Part shown: positions 39,166 through 52,887 of the stretch, piece by piece
Layout: each line of letters opens with the position of its first letter
How positions within the stretch are numbered: the first letter of the stretch is position 1
Source of the DNA: Nymphaea colorata
Taxonomy: Eukaryota
Assembly (NCBI RefSeq): GCF_008831285.2
Contig: NC_045138.2
Span: 8,308,001-8,372,000 of the forward strand
Direction of reading: 5' to 3'
DNA length: 64,000 bases
Position numbers and translations under genes: made by a program
Notes under the pieces: model-generated
Told to the model about the DNA's origin: nothing
The model's database searches: none
The model's input: the letters and a program-made list of their open reading frames with translations, nothing else

Positions 39166-42100
39166 TGTGAAGACTCGTGAGGATTGAGAGAGAGAGAGAG
39201 AGAGAGAAATTTCAAAATAAAATCTCACGCATATTCCATAGTTGATAATTCAGGATAATTATAGAGGGCAAGAGATAAGGAGGTTACAACAAAAAGTCAA
39301 GAGATAAAAACGTAAATCAGATTCCAAAATAATAAGGGTTGTTACGTTTTTATCTCTTACAGATTTCGTCACTTCTAAATTTCAAAATTCAAACTCTTTC
39401 CTTAACAATCTCCCGCAAGCTGAACGGCAGCTCTATGATGTTGAGACTGTTTCTAAAATCTGTGAACATTGTTCCTCCAAGAGCCTTTGTCATCCGATCC
39501 GCTAATTGCTCTTTAGTTTGAATGAAATTCACTTGGATCTCACCCTTATTAACGTGATCTCTAACGAAGTGGAATTCCATTTCAACATGTTTGGTGCGAG
39601 CATGAAACACACGGTTTGATGCTAAGTATAGGGCTCCTATATTATCACACCATAAAATTGGTGCATCTGGTGATGGAACATTTAGCTCTTTTAGGAGAGA
39701 TTTTAAGCATAGTATTTCTGCAGCAGCACAGGCTAAGGACTTGTACTTGGCTTCAGTGCTGGACCGAGCAATGGATTTTTGTTTTCTAGAAGCCCACAGG
39801 ACAACGTTATTTCCTAAGAGAGAAACAAAACCATCAGTCGACTTTCGATCTTCTAGACTTCCAGCCCAGTCTGCATCGACAAAGACATTCAATTGTAGTG
39901 AAGATGATCGAGTCAAGCGAAGAGCATAATGACTAGTTCCTTTTAAATACCGAAGTATTCTTTTAACCATCATCCAATGAACAGTCTTTTGGAGAGTGCA
40001 TGAATTGACAAGCACGATTTACAGAAATGCAATATCTAGACATGTCAATGAAACATATTATAATGCGCCTATCACACTTTGATATAAGGTGGGATCCCAA
40101 AAAGAATCATCAGTAGCTGTAATAGGTTTAGTGATCACCATGGGAGATGTTGTGGGTTTGGCACTATCCATTTGAGCTTTGTGAAGAATGCAAATATGTA
40201 ACTGTGTTGGCACATATATATCTCTCCTGGTCTTCGCTTGACCTCAATGCCTAAGAAATATGTTAAAGGACCAAGATCCTTAACTGAAAAGACTGAACCA
40301 AGTTGTTTAATAACATGAGAAATAAGAGATGGTATATCCGGTGATGATCATATCATCGACATAGACAAGAAGATAAAGTTGATGGCCGCCGCGGGAGTAA
40401 ATAAACAGGGATGCATCAGATTTAGAAGCAACAAATCCAATGCTGCGAAGAAAGCAGCTCAAGCGATGATACCATGCGCGCGGAGCCTGCTTGAGCCCAT
40501 ACAGTGCTTTGTCTAACTTGCATACATAATGAGGAAAGGTGGGATCTTGAAACCCCTTTGGTTGAGCCATATAGACATATTCAGAAAGATACCCATTAAG
40601 GAAAGCATTATCAAAATGAAGTTGTTGTAAAGACCAGCCAAAGTGAACTGAACGGCTAAAGAGAGTAATTTTGATGGTAGTTGGTTTAACAGTGGGACTG
40701 AAAGTTTCTTGATAGTCAATACCAGCCGTTTAAAGAAAACCCTGAGCCACAAGTCGAGCCTTATGCCTTGCGATAGAGCCGTCATGGTGACGTTTAATTT
40801 TATATACCCATTTGGAACTGATAACATTGAAATTAGGTTGAGGTGGTACAAGATGTCAGGTTTTGTTTTTCTGCAATGCTGAAAACTATAATTGCATAGC
40901 TTGACGCCAACACTCAAAATGAATAGCCTCTTTAAACGTCCCTAGATCCTCTTGTGCAGTGGCAAAAAGCGCTTTCGGTTTTAAAGAAACCAGTCATGGA
41001 GAGCGAGTCAACGTCGGATGAGAATGACCGTGAGGACGAGTAAGAAGATCAACTCGAGTGGCTACAGTGTCAGTAGCTAAGGCTGACGATATTGGTAAAG
41101 GAGATGCATCCAGCGAAGAGGATGCCAAGGTCATGTTGGGAGTGAGTCCCATGGTGGGCACCATTGCTATAGGCTGATCAGTGTCATGGATTGGCAAACT
41201 GATATGCTCAGGAGAAGAAGCCGTGACAGATGATGAAGATCCAGCCATTGGAAAGGGTAAAACAGTATAAGAGTTTGATGAGGGCTGCATTTGATTGACG
41301 GGACCGGTAGAAGGGGCGTTGGGCATCTTTGGCAGCCAATGAGATAAGACTGCATCTGAAATATCCTTATGATGATCGGATTCACCGGTATGAATTTGAT
41401 AAAAAATAATATGTCGAGATATAATGATATGTCGATGGCTCTTGTCATAGAATAGATACCCCTTATGATGACTAGAATAACCCAAAAAAATGCATGGAGT
41501 AGTCCTGGGCTGAAATATTGAATCATTCATGGGCCTCAGTAAAGTGCATATTCTGGATCCTTTTGAAAAAACGTATAAAATGGTGATTTTCACTGCTTGG
41601 TAAACGATTGGTGATATAAATAGCAGTTCGGAATTAATCAACCCAAAAATTGTATGACAAACCAGCATCATAAATCATACTTAATCATGTTTCAACGACA
41701 AGACGATTTTTCCATTCAACTATACCATTTTGTTTGGGAGTATAAGGACAAGAAAACTGATGAAAGATCTCATGTGCTTCACAGAATGAAGCTAAGTCGG
41801 AATTCACAAATTTTTTGCCATTGTCAGATTGAACGGAACATATATGAGCATTTAATTATTTTTCAACCAAGATCTTAAATTCTTGAAACATAAACAACTT
41901 CAGACTTAACTTTAAGAGGAAACAGTCATGAAAATCTGGAATAGTTGTCAACTATGAGCAGAAAAAACCTGAAACCCTCTCGAGAGATAATCGGGGCAGG
42001 TCCCCATACATCCATATGAAGCATTTCAAGAGGTCGTGAAGCTTGGAAATCAAAGGTTGGAAAGGGTTATTTATGTGCCTTTCCCATAAGACAAGACTGA

Positions 42101-43268
42101 CATACTCATTATGAAATAGGAGAATTTATTGATATGAGTCGACTAGAATTTAAAAAACTAACGATCTTCTTGTTTGCATGACCAGGCCGCCAATGCCATA
42201 GATCAAATGATGCTGAGATTTTATTGATGCCTGCTGGAAATCAGCAACTAAACGCTGCTCCCTTGATTGAAAAAGAATCCATGTTTGATCTGACCGCCTT
42301 GATGGGTAGAGACTGTCATGCATCTTTGGTCCTTGAAGAAAAACATTTCCCATCTGCTGATCCTTAATAACAAAATCATGTGGTGAGAATTGAAAGATGC
42401 AGTCATTTTTAGATGTAAATTTTTCCACTGATAAGATATTGTGAGCCATTCTAGTAACATGCAGCGCATTTGTAAGATAGAATGAAGTCCCTACAGAATT
42501 AACTAGTAAATTTCCTATATGCTTAATAGAGATGCTTGAACCATTACCGATCATGATATTGTCGGCCCATCATATGTTGTTTTGTTTTGCATCATCTCAT
42601 CATTGTTGACAATATGATTAGTTGCTCCTGAGTCGGGATACCAGTATTCACTAGTAGACTCCTACAAATTCATAGCTGAAAATGCATGCGGAATATAATA
42701 ACACATCCTTGCCGAATGGCCCTTCCGTCCATAGTACTGACACGTTATGATGGTACGAGGATGATTTCCATTTCCTGCATTGTTATTTGGGTCTCCATGA
42801 TATGATTGACGTGAACATGTGTTTAATTTCCTCGTCCTTGGAATCGACCTCATTGCCGACCTCTGAAAGTGCCTCGTCCTCTATCGATTCCAGTTGCCTA
42901 CTCCATAATAGGTAATTGTCCCTATTGAGCTCAACAGATACAAGTGTAGTGATGGCATTCCATTGAGTTGAAGAGGACGATGAATTTTCCATGATATTTA
43001 TAGAAGAAGAATATGATGGCTCTGATAGCATGTGAAAACTCATGATGATTGAGAGAGAGAGAGAGAGGAATTTCAAAATTGTATCTCACGCACATTCCAT
43101 AGCTGATAATACAGGATAATTATAGAGTACAAGAGATAAGGAGGTTACAACAACAAGGCAAGAGATGAAAACGTAAATCAGATTCCAAATTAATAGGTGC
43201 TGATACATTTTTATCTCTTGCAGATTTCGTCACTTTTAAATTTCAAAATTCAAACTCTTTCCTTAACA
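39166..43268 (-). mobile_element. Nested Ty1/Copia element (C) in the 3' LTR of element A
   Basis: Perfect TSD AAAGT (39161-39165, 43269-43273). LTRs 39166-39407 and 43031-43268 with TG..CA ends, PBS TGCTATCAGAGC (43019-43030) and a PPT next to 39407. RT has [13 protein letters not shown] and LVYVDDM; RNase H has DADWAG..ARTKHVE. Frameshifted, with gag partly deleted. Confidence 0.95.
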
Positions 43269-43325
43269 AAAGTGTATCAACACCAAGTGTAAATGTGATT
43301 CTCATATAAAAGATCAGCAGGAGAC

Positions 43326-43701
43326 TAGGGATGTAATGTATCCTAAAAAAATTTAATGACCGATTTAGAAATCAGATTGGATTCGGATTTATGAAATGAC
43401 ATCCAATCGGATGCAAATTCAGATTTCAAGATACATAAATATCCGATCATATTCAGATTTGGATCTGATTTAATTTTAAATAAATATCATATATCTGAAC
43501 GCTCTTACATTTTGAAAATGTTCAAAATGTGGACTAAGATTCAAATATATGAACGTGAAAATCAGATTGGAATTGTAAAACCAGATTTTGAATTTGGATT
43601 TGAATAGTTGTTTGAATTTGAATCAGAACATGTGAATATCCAAAAAAGTGGATACAGTTAAACGGTGTATCTTATTCGAATCAAATCCAGTGACATTCCT
43701 A
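43326..43701. mobile_element. hAT-type MITE (GGATTCGGATTT-rich) in the 3' LTR of element A
   Basis: TAGGGATGTAA...TGACATTCCTA termini; LTR homology resumes on both sides. TSD not preserved. Confidence 0.7.
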
Positions 43702-46700
43702 CGTACAAGCGGCATGGTGAGTGTTGAATCGCCCTGCATCGTGGACATGACCCAATGGTTGAACCACATTAAATGCCTTTCCTTGTTCTCGCTCTCTCTT
43801 ACTTGCTTTTTGTTTTTCTGATACCTTCCTCAAAATAGAAATTAGCGTTCGAGTACCAATGATCCTACCTAAAGTTTATTTTACTTATTTCTTATCAGGT
43901 CACATCCATGTGTTCTTCAATCGAATGCTGTGATTGATAGTGTAACAGCCAGTTTTCTCATCTCATGTGTCTCAGACTGGGTATATGTTAACATTTTAGG
44001 GTGCGCAATTGAGACCAATATGTATCCATAATTCCTGTTGATCATCAAGTCATAAGCCCAAGGCAAAGAAACTTACTCCATGTTAAATTTTCATGGCACA
44101 TAGAACTGTGGACGCCAGACATGCACTCCCTTTCTCATAAGCATTTCATAATGTGGTGTGTGACTTGTAAAGTGTGAAAGAAAAACACCACCTGCCTCGA
44201 GAACATCTCAGTCTTATTGATTTGTCAAATTTCGCCAAGGGTCTGATTTTATAAGAATCATATTGGCACCATCCCTTTTGGCTTCTAATGCCGAAAACTC
44301 TCCCCCCAAATCAGAAATTTCTTTTAGGACAACAGTAATGAAAGTTTCAACTGTCGGTCACCACCACACGTACTTTTTCATTTGTTTTTTCTTCCTTTTT
44401 TTTTTCTTTGTTAACACTCATTGGTCTTCTCCCCTTTTTTCTTAACTTCATTTTTAATAACCAAGCTGGGAGAATGAAACAGTACAACTCCCGTCAGAGG
44501 TTTCTCCAAGTTGCACAAGTGGGATCCTAGTCATGCATAAATCATATTTTTGCTAGTTATTTAATGTATAAGGTTTTGATTTGAAAATTTTCCTTGTCCT
44601 ATTCATTCAACTTCTTCCTCTTCTTTTTCATTATCAAGTTATGGTTGGGCAACTCCCATCAAGTTATATTAAGAGACATAGCGGCCTTCTGCCATGGGGC
44701 ATGCCTTGTGTACTGAGCTATTGACTTCAACTTGATGGTGCTTAAGTCCAGCTAGCTAGCGGGGCAGAGAGCTATGCTTCCTTTTCTTTTCGCCTCTGAA
44801 GAAATTTACTAACCATTTGACCATGTCTTCCTCTGCTCATTCTTTTCCCAGAGATTCAGACTGATGTTATGAACTGCACATGTAAATGGTAGACAAAGCT
44901 TTAAATGCACATATGTGCATACAATACCATGTCTCTTTTTTGTCTGCAGCTGATTTCCTTTTTGACACAACATTAGTGGACTTGTTTAATCCTACTTGCA
45001 GTGCGCGTGCAAATTTTTCTCATTATATTGGAGGCGCTAAAATTTGTGAACATGACTGACCTGGTTTGGAAGCTTTAGGGCATGCTTGATTATTGAACTA
45101 CGCTATCTCCTTGGTCTTTTTCTGTTTTATTAGTTAGAAAGTTTTGGATTTCTTCATCAGACGTTTGATTGCTCTATGAAATGTGAGGATAAAGGTTACA
45201 CTAGCAATAACGCATGCAATTATTTATGGAGTTATGATAATTATATGGGAGTCTTGGAAGCTTCTATTTCTATAGTAAGCGGTTGTGTCTTAAGAAGTAA
45301 ATGCAGGAATTCCCAAGGGGCGTGGTGCAACAGATTAGGTGGGGGATGGTAAGTGGTCAGTCTCAATTTTGAGCTTCTATGACTTCAATTTTCTCTGTCT
45401 CAAAGTGGGGGCACAAATATGTAAGTTAAAATATAGCGGGGTACTGTTATCCTGAGGCACCAAAACTAGGTCTGCTACTCTCGGGGATGGGAGAATGTAA
45501 TGAGGGTTTTGGCTCTCAATGGGGCGTTAGGATGAGCTCACCCAGTAACAGGCAAAAATGGTGACAGCATTAGCAAAACACACCTTATGCACACAAAAAT
45601 TTTAGTATATTGCAGATAACAAATCCTAATATTGTAGCTTGACTCGAGAAATCTGAACCATAGGAATCCTATTCCAATATATAAGGCCCCATGAAATAAT
45701 TGAAATTTGCATATTTCCACGAAGACAAGTTTGGTTTGAACCTTCCGATTTAAGACTCATAACAGGCATCAAAGCAAGAAAACAAAAAAGTGTTCTACAG
45801 TCAGTCACGTCTACTACTCTGCAGTAGAAGAGATTCTTATGCTAACTCGTCCTGGACTTGATTTTAGCCATAATTGTATGCTCGAGTCGCATCTTGTGTA
45901 GACATCGGAGACTTAAAGGCAACATCAAATGAACAGAAAAGAACGGTGGCGACTGAATCAACCAGATATTGAACTACAGTTCAAAAAAATACCAGAATAA
46001 ATGCGTCCATGAACTTTTAGTACCAAGCGTTTCATTGCAGGTCAGAGCAGCAGTGGCTCCTATTAATAATTTCCCCTAATACATGCAATGGTTTCACGCA
46101 CATAAAAAAGTCCACATTGTTTTAAGAAAGCGTCTGTTCTGCTTCCGGATTGTTCCGCCGGTTGCCAACTTCATCCAAAGCATTGATGGTGGCGCAGCCA
46201 AATCGAAGAAGTGTGACGCCTCCTGGAGCTTAATTTTCCTGTCTGGCCGGCAACGGACCCAACGGACAGCGCCAGGATCTCCCCTGTACCCTGGCACAGG
46301 ATCTGTAGTCCCCACCATGTGTCCCCCTCATGCTGGCATCGACCCACCACCCTAGGTACCTGGCTTCCCTATCCTAACTGGTCATCCAGGAAACTAGATT
46401 ATATACCTCAAACTGCGGGGAGAGATCAGGATTTCTATTTGAATTTGGAGTCTTTCACGAGTTCGATGCAGAATTTAATTGCACAACAATGGTAGTGGAA
46501 TTGCAGAATTTGTCAGTAAAAGAAAAGGACAAGAGATGAGAGAGAGTAATCATGGTGGTTGCGAGCCAATTGATCAATCACTTGCTTAATTTGAAGATAA
46601 AATCGAGGCCGGCTTTTTGTTCATCTCTCAATAGGGGAAATCGGATGCGGAATTGTACTTGCATATGCCAAAACCTTCGATGTTGGTCGTCGAGATTCAC

Positions 46701-47026
46701 GTATATCTACCTTTTCAGTTGTCACTGTGAATTAATGAATTAAACACATTACCGTAGAAATCCAATAAGAAAAAGAAGAAGACGAGGAGGACGATGATGA
46801 TGATGATAATGATGATCAAAAAGAAGAAGAAAAAGAAGAAGGTCCGTGAAATTTGACTTAAGCAGGTTGGTCATGGCTATTTGAAAGAGCGACAAGGTGG
46901 CACGGGGGAGGCGGAGGGAGAGGAGGAGCGATTAGATGCCTAACCTGGTGGCTCGCTTCCTTTCCACCAGCCTTGGTGCCGAAAGGAATTCAGAAGTCTT
47001 GGCTTTCATGGGGAGGCCGGGAAATC

Positions 47027-47554
47027 CTACACGGGCTGCCGGCGGGCCAAAGGGACGATCTCGGCGAGCGGCGTGGGCAGAGGGGAGGGAAGGGGAGAGG
47101 TTCGACACATGGGGCAGGTGGGCCGAAGCTTGAGCCAGGGGTCGACGCACTTGACATGGAAGAGGTGGCCGCAGTCGGGAAGGAGGCGGAGAATGTCTGA
47201 GTCCTTATAGTCCATTAGGCAGATGGAGCAGCAGCTGGGCAGCACAGGGGAGCCGCCTCCCCTCCGCCCCGCTGCCTGAGCGTAGGTGAGCTTAGGACAA
47301 GTGAGCAAGGTGGCGTCGTCCAGGCCGCCGCCGCCGGCGACCGCCCCAATACCGTTCAGGAGATTGTCGTTGCCGGGTTCCTGCCGCTGCTGGCGCTGTT
47401 GTTGTGTGGAGGTGTGGGCGCGGGCGCAGAAGTAGGAGGCGACGGTGATGGTGGTGATAAGGACGAGGACGCCGACGGCGACTCCTATCCCATAGGCGAA
47501 CCCGCTCAGAGGCCCTCCATTTGAATAATCAAAATTCGCAGAGCTGTTGCTCAT
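47027..47554 (-). CDS. ATL: ATL-family RING-H2 E3 ubiquitin ligase (ATL69/70/71-like), intronless, 175 aa
   Basis: ATG at 47554 (MSNSSANF), TM helix YGIGVAVGVLVLITTITVASYFC, GLD motif (GLDDATLLTCPKL), complete RING-H2 CSICLMDY..CGHLFHVKCVDPWL..CPMCR, and TSPLPSPLPTPLAE tail. GC-rich island. Confidence 0.95.
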   Translation of the reverse strand: MSNSSANFDYSNGGPLSGFAYGIGVAVGVLVLITTITVASYFCARAHTSTQQQRQQRQEPGNDNLLNGIGAVAGGGGLDDATLLTCPKLTYAQAAGRRGGGSPVLPSCCSICLMDYKDSDILRLLPDCGHLFHVKCVDPWLKLRPTCPMCRTSPLPSPLPTPLAEIVPLARRQPV

Positions 47555-48280
47555 CGTCTCTGTCTCTCTCCCTCCCTCTTTCTTCTTTTGAGAGGTGAAT
47601 GGAGACCATATAGTCGACCTTCGCCAGCTCCCCAGCAGTATAAAAATGGCAAGTGTTTTTGTCGACAGAACTGCAGAGAGAGAGAGAGGAAGGTGGAGAA
47701 GAAAAAGAAGAAGAAGCTTGGCAGGGAAGGGAGGTCGGGGTGGTCGATTGGTCAAATACTTGGAAATGTCAACGCATGGTGGGCGGGCGCTCTGGAAATG
47801 GAGCTCCTATGAACACCAGCAGCATGTGCAACAGAGGGAGACGGAGAGAGATGTCAAGAAGTGATGACAACTCAAAAATGAGCTTAGTTTATCTTGGAGG
47901 TCATCCTTTCTCTCTCTTTCTCTCCTTTCTCATTTCATGGCCTCTTTCTCTCTATCCAACCTGCCTATAGCTTAGTTAGTTGGATCTTCAGCACATAAAC
48001 AAAGCGTATCAGGATTCATTCCCGCGAGCATTACATGTTGATCGGCATTAAGATAAAAAGAATGAAAGTGATATCCTGGACAAGAGTTGTGATTGTGCCC
48101 CCTTTTCATCTCTCCTTATATCTTTTGCCATATATCTTTTGTTCTTATATCTTTTGCCAAAAGATGTCATTGAAGTTGTGTTTGTTTCATCACGGATTGG
48201 AGATCCACGCCTTAAATCCATAGATTTAAGGTCAGACCTCCTCTCATTCGATCTTAAACTCTAGAAACACACCTTTTAAT

Positions 48281-48314
48281 GCAGTATCAAACCTAAGGCA
48301 GTATCAAACCTAAG
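48281..48314. repeat. Perfect 17-bp tandem duplication GCAGTATCAAACCTAAG
   Basis: Read directly. Confidence 0.9.
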
Positions 48315-48575
48315 AGTTGAAATTATCAAACGCAACCTTAAAGTAAAAGGTTTAAGGGTTGATATGGTGGTGTTGTCTTTAACAATCTCTCTCTCTCAGC
48401 CTTATACATGTCTCTATCCTTCCCGACTGTTTTTTTGTAGTCTGCGTGCAGATTACGGATCACTCCATGACGTAAATGAAATAAAGAACCAATATATCCC
48501 ATCCAATCTTCGCGTTGGGAAGAAACAACCAAGGCCTGTCCTCTTAATATTCAATTCTCGCATACCATACATCTA

Positions 48576-48578
<3 letters not shown>

Positions 48579-48656
<78 letters not shown>
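48579..48656. repeat. (TA)n(GA)n microsatellite
   Basis: Read directly. Confidence 0.95.
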
Positions 48657-49117
48657 TTGAAAAAAAAAATTCTTACGTGCAAGTTGCATCTGCTTAATTT
48701 AAATATAAATGTGTTGGGATTTCTTACTTACTAAGGATGACACAGCAAATCAGGTGTTCTCATGTAAAATATGATCTTATGAGTGATCGAGTTGGTGAAA
48801 TAGAAATAAAAAAAACGCAATTGGAAGTTGCATTGTCTGAATTTCAGAACGTGGGCGTGTTCAAGGACTACTCAACATTATTGCTTAGTTATTACGGATG
48901 AGGAGGAAAATCGAGTTGTTTTTTTGGTAAAAAATGATTCGATGACTTTGCCAAATTATGGGTCGTTGATCTTAAAAGGTGCTCGGATAGTGCAATCTCA
49001 GGATTCAAAGCTCTTCCAGACTTCCGCTATTAATCAACAGTGTGGATCACGTACAACTTAAAAGTGATTCTTACTCAATCTTGATGTATAGCGTGACACA
49101 CGAGGGAGGTGGAGTTG

Positions 49118-49258
<141 letters not shown>

Positions 49259-50635
49259 GAAAAAGAGATGCAAAGTAGTGGGTGGTGATACTTTACCGTC
49301 CGCTCCGTTTGGGAAGGGTGCAATTTTATGAGACGGGTTTGTGTTTTGATAACCAACTTTTTGTTGTAGAGTCGGTCGCATTATGGTTGCTCCTTAACAT
49401 AGTGTAGGAGAATGATCAGTTATTTCGGTTTCTTTTTACCCCAGAATTTAATGAACAAGTTTCTCTCCCCTTGAAAGGTCAAACAAGCAAAGCTATTATA
49501 TCGCATGATCTAAGATGCCAATCTTTGCCTCCACTCTCTTGTCACACACTTAGTAGAAAAAGTTGGATCTAGCTTTCTTTAGAAATAAACAGAAAGATGA
49601 GGCCCATTTCCAGATTACAGGCAATTTCTGGGCCTGTGAGTGACATTTTGTTTGAGGACTTTTTTGGGTGTTGTGGTGTCAGTGAATATATCGGTCCATG
49701 TCAACCGATACGCCAGAAAAGTACTCCAGAAATGGGGTTTGTATCGGTTGATACAATTCCGTATCGGGTGACATGCTAATAAATATGGTATCATAATATC
49801 AGTTTTAGACTCTTAATTGTCTTCTTATGGTCTGCCAATCAATACCAGCTGATTAGTATTAGTGATTGTTTTGATGCAGTAGAGGTGTTTCTTAAGATGA
49901 GGCTTCACTCTATTCCTCGGGTTGATGGATAAAACCATAGTCACAAATAACATTTTAGGGTTTTAAACGCTGAGGTTTTTCTCGAGTATAATAGGATGAA
50001 CCTGAAGAATACGAGAAAAATACGAGAATACGGTAAATTTTTAAAAAACTAAAAATCGAGGGAAAATAAAGTAAGTGAAAACTAATAACACAAACATCAA
50101 AATATAAGTAAATTTGCAATAAATAAAAAACGAAAAAAAAAACTATTTGACATTAAAAAAATGAAAAAAAAAAGTGAAAAAAGGCAAAAAAAAATGTGAC
50201 TTTTTTATTCAAAAAGACATGTTTTTTTAGTGACCGTAAGGACAAAGGAAATAGGGAAACTTTGGCTCTCATTTGAGTGGTGGGTAACCTCCCACTCACC
50301 CAAAAAGGAATAAATTAACTGAAAGAATTTGAAACAGCGGTTAGGTTTTGATTAAACTGATAATTGATGAAAAATAAGGCCTAAAGCATTTCAAATAGAC
50401 TAAAAATGGATCCACGGATCTGGATCCTAATAAAAGAAAACAATAGACAAGACCAAATTCTCGTAAATTGTATTCTCAGCTTCTGCCCTGCATCAGTTTC
50501 TTAAGTATTCAAGAAGGAAATAACACACATTTGGGCTGTTTTTCATCTCTGGTGCATGTGAAATCTTATAATGTGGTATCCAGCCATGTTGAAAAAACAA
50601 GTTCATCCTTCCGTGATCCAAAGAATTGTTATGAA

Positions 50636-51072
50636 TAAGGGTGTCAATGTATTGCACTTGAATCTGATATATTTTCCACCACATCCGTCGTATGAGATGA
50701 TCACAATATTTTCGCATTGGATAGAAAAGTTTACATAATATATGGATCTGAAATAACAACCCAAATCTAATTTACGAATTCACATCTGGATTTGAACACA
50801 ACTTCAAACCAAATGCTCGCTACATTAAGATATGCTAAGAGAGACTTTCTAAATATATGGTTATTAGATATAAGATATTTATTTAACATTGATTCCGCAT
50901 CCAAATCTGAATCTCTATGGATATTTATTGAATCTGATTGGGTGTCGTTTTTTAAGTCTGAATATGATCTGGTTCCCTAATCAGATGTTAAATTTTTTTC
51001 ATTATGTTTTTTTTTTTTTTGGAAGCTGTTCCATCAGATATCTAATCTAAATCAGACTTATTGACAACCCTG
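50636..51072. mobile_element. hAT-type MITE related to 43326-43701
   Basis: TAAGGGTGTCAAT / ATTGACAACCCTG TIRs, degenerate TSD GTTATGAA / GTTATTGA, and an ATCCGA/ATCTGA-rich interior. Confidence 0.65.
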
Positions 51073-52392
51073 GTTATTGACCAATTAAAAAAATATTTTC
51101 TTGGGACCCTATCTAGCTAGCTAGACTATTATTTCCAGAACTAGATGAGCGGGCAGTTTGACAACTTCATGTGCCAGATTTGTTTATTTTAAGTGAAATG
51201 TTACTTTTTCCTTGATTTTATTCTTTAATTCCCATAAAGAAAACATTTTCTTTTGTTTTTTTTAAGAGCTACACCTGCCGTAAAACTGACAAATAAAAGT
51301 GTGAGGTAAACTTCTATTAACCTGAGAAGCAGAAATAATCACTTTTTGAATTTGTGCGTCATATATATGCTGCCCATATGGGAAAACCATGTTCCCACGG
51401 TTTACCCTGAGGAGTAATGTTTAAAATTTTGGATGGGGAAAATTTTTTTGGGTACCACTTTTACCTTTGTAAGGGAGTGTCTTCCATTTAGTTGTTAGTG
51501 ACCTGCTCCACATTTTATACCCATATAGTTGACAATAAGAGTTCTTTATTATAAATGATCACAAAAAGGTGGTTTTTCAAATGCAATTAAAAAAAAAATT
51601 AAGCCCAAGAATGAAAATTTCCCTTTTTTTTTAATCTTGGAAATCGTCACGGTCCTGTCTGCGTAGTACTTATTGAATCGGTAGATGTTCCTCTAGTGAC
51701 GCCACTGCCTTTGAATGGTAGCTAGATCCAGATCCATATCCACATAACTCAAGTGTAACGGCTTATTGACCATAACTTTCTCTCTTGGTTGACAAAGGGT
51801 CACCAGAAATGCCCTTAATACTCAAATGGAATAAGCTGCCTGCCTTATGGAACGCCATGTGTCACGAGCACTGTGGCCGGAGTTACCGGATCTTGAGGAA
51901 TCATGGCCGCCAGATTCAACCATAGCAGTCCAATCGACTCTATTAGTTAGCTTCTACATGGACCCATCAGGCGCATCTTAGGCTTAGATTGTTTTCTACC
52001 GTCAACGGCGGAGCTAGAAATTTTTGTTGTGGTGGCACTAATATAAGAAATCTTAGATTTGATGGACACCAATATAGAATAAATTAAGTTGTTTGCTCAT
52101 ACAAGGCCACACCTCTGCTGATAGTGCTGGTCTAACCTACCCTATCTATGCATCACCTTTCACAAAACGAAACGCGCAAATAATTAATATATACACCGGA
52201 TCTACATATTAATCACGCGTCACGCCAAGACTTTGTTGATGAACTAAGATAAACTTCAAAGCATTCACACCAACGTTGACTACACAATAATCTAAGCTTC
52301 TCACAAGTCATACCCAAATGAGCAAGTGAGCTGCTGGGGAAGTGTTGTGAATGTTCCATAGAAGCCTGCCTATCCGCCAAGCAATAATTATA

Positions 52393-52689
52393 TAGGGATG
52401 GGTATCGGGTGAACTCGAACTCTGGCGGGCCACAGCATGTGAGCACAGCTTAGGCCCGACGCCCGGCCTGACTAAAATAAAAATGCATTTTAATCTAATA
52501 TAATATATAAATATAATTAATTATCATATAATATATGTATTAAATAATAATAAAAATAAGTTATTGTGCCTACTCTGTCTTGTTTAGCCGGGCACATATC
52601 TTATTGGACCAGCCGATGCTCAAATTTAGGACCTGCACCCGGGCCTCAATCAGACCAAATACCGGTTACTCGTTGGGTACTTGGCCCTA
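52393..52689. mobile_element. hAT-type MITE with GGCCC-rich arms and AT-rich core
   Basis: TAGGGATGGGTA...TACTTGGCCCTA termini; no TSD found. Confidence 0.6.
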
Positions 52690-52887
52690 ATGAAAGCTTC
52701 TTCTTTTGGTAGGAGAGAGGAAGCCCCACATGGCCCATAGCTGGACTAGGAGAACCCACCCCACATGGCGATTGGCCAACTCTCCCACCCTCTCCCCCTC
52801 AAGGAGAACTGCTGTTTTGTTGTGGAATTATGGCCACACCAGGCACCTCCAAACATGGTCATTCTGCACCTGGATGATAGATAGAGC

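Larger units (their letters stand above)
30108..43823 (+). mobile_element. Outer Ty1/Copia element (A) hosting four nested insertions
   Basis: 5' LTR ~30108-30342, degenerate Met PBS TGCTACTAGATCC, gag (LILYILHPLPTDY), PR WYLNSGASHH (35029), integrase, RT (VYVDDI near 38185), RNase H, PPT GAGGGAGG near 39120. The 3' LTR is split into ~39130-39165, 43274-43325 and 43702-43823, which together match the 5' LTR. TSD CCTTT/CCTTC. Confidence 0.8.

Noticed and set aside
47555..47755. 67-aa N-terminal extension of the ATL ORF resembling a signal peptide
   Set aside because: The ORF-track start is TTG, and the hydrophobic run comes from CT-rich 5' UTR sequence. The ATG at 47554 gives a normal ATL architecture.
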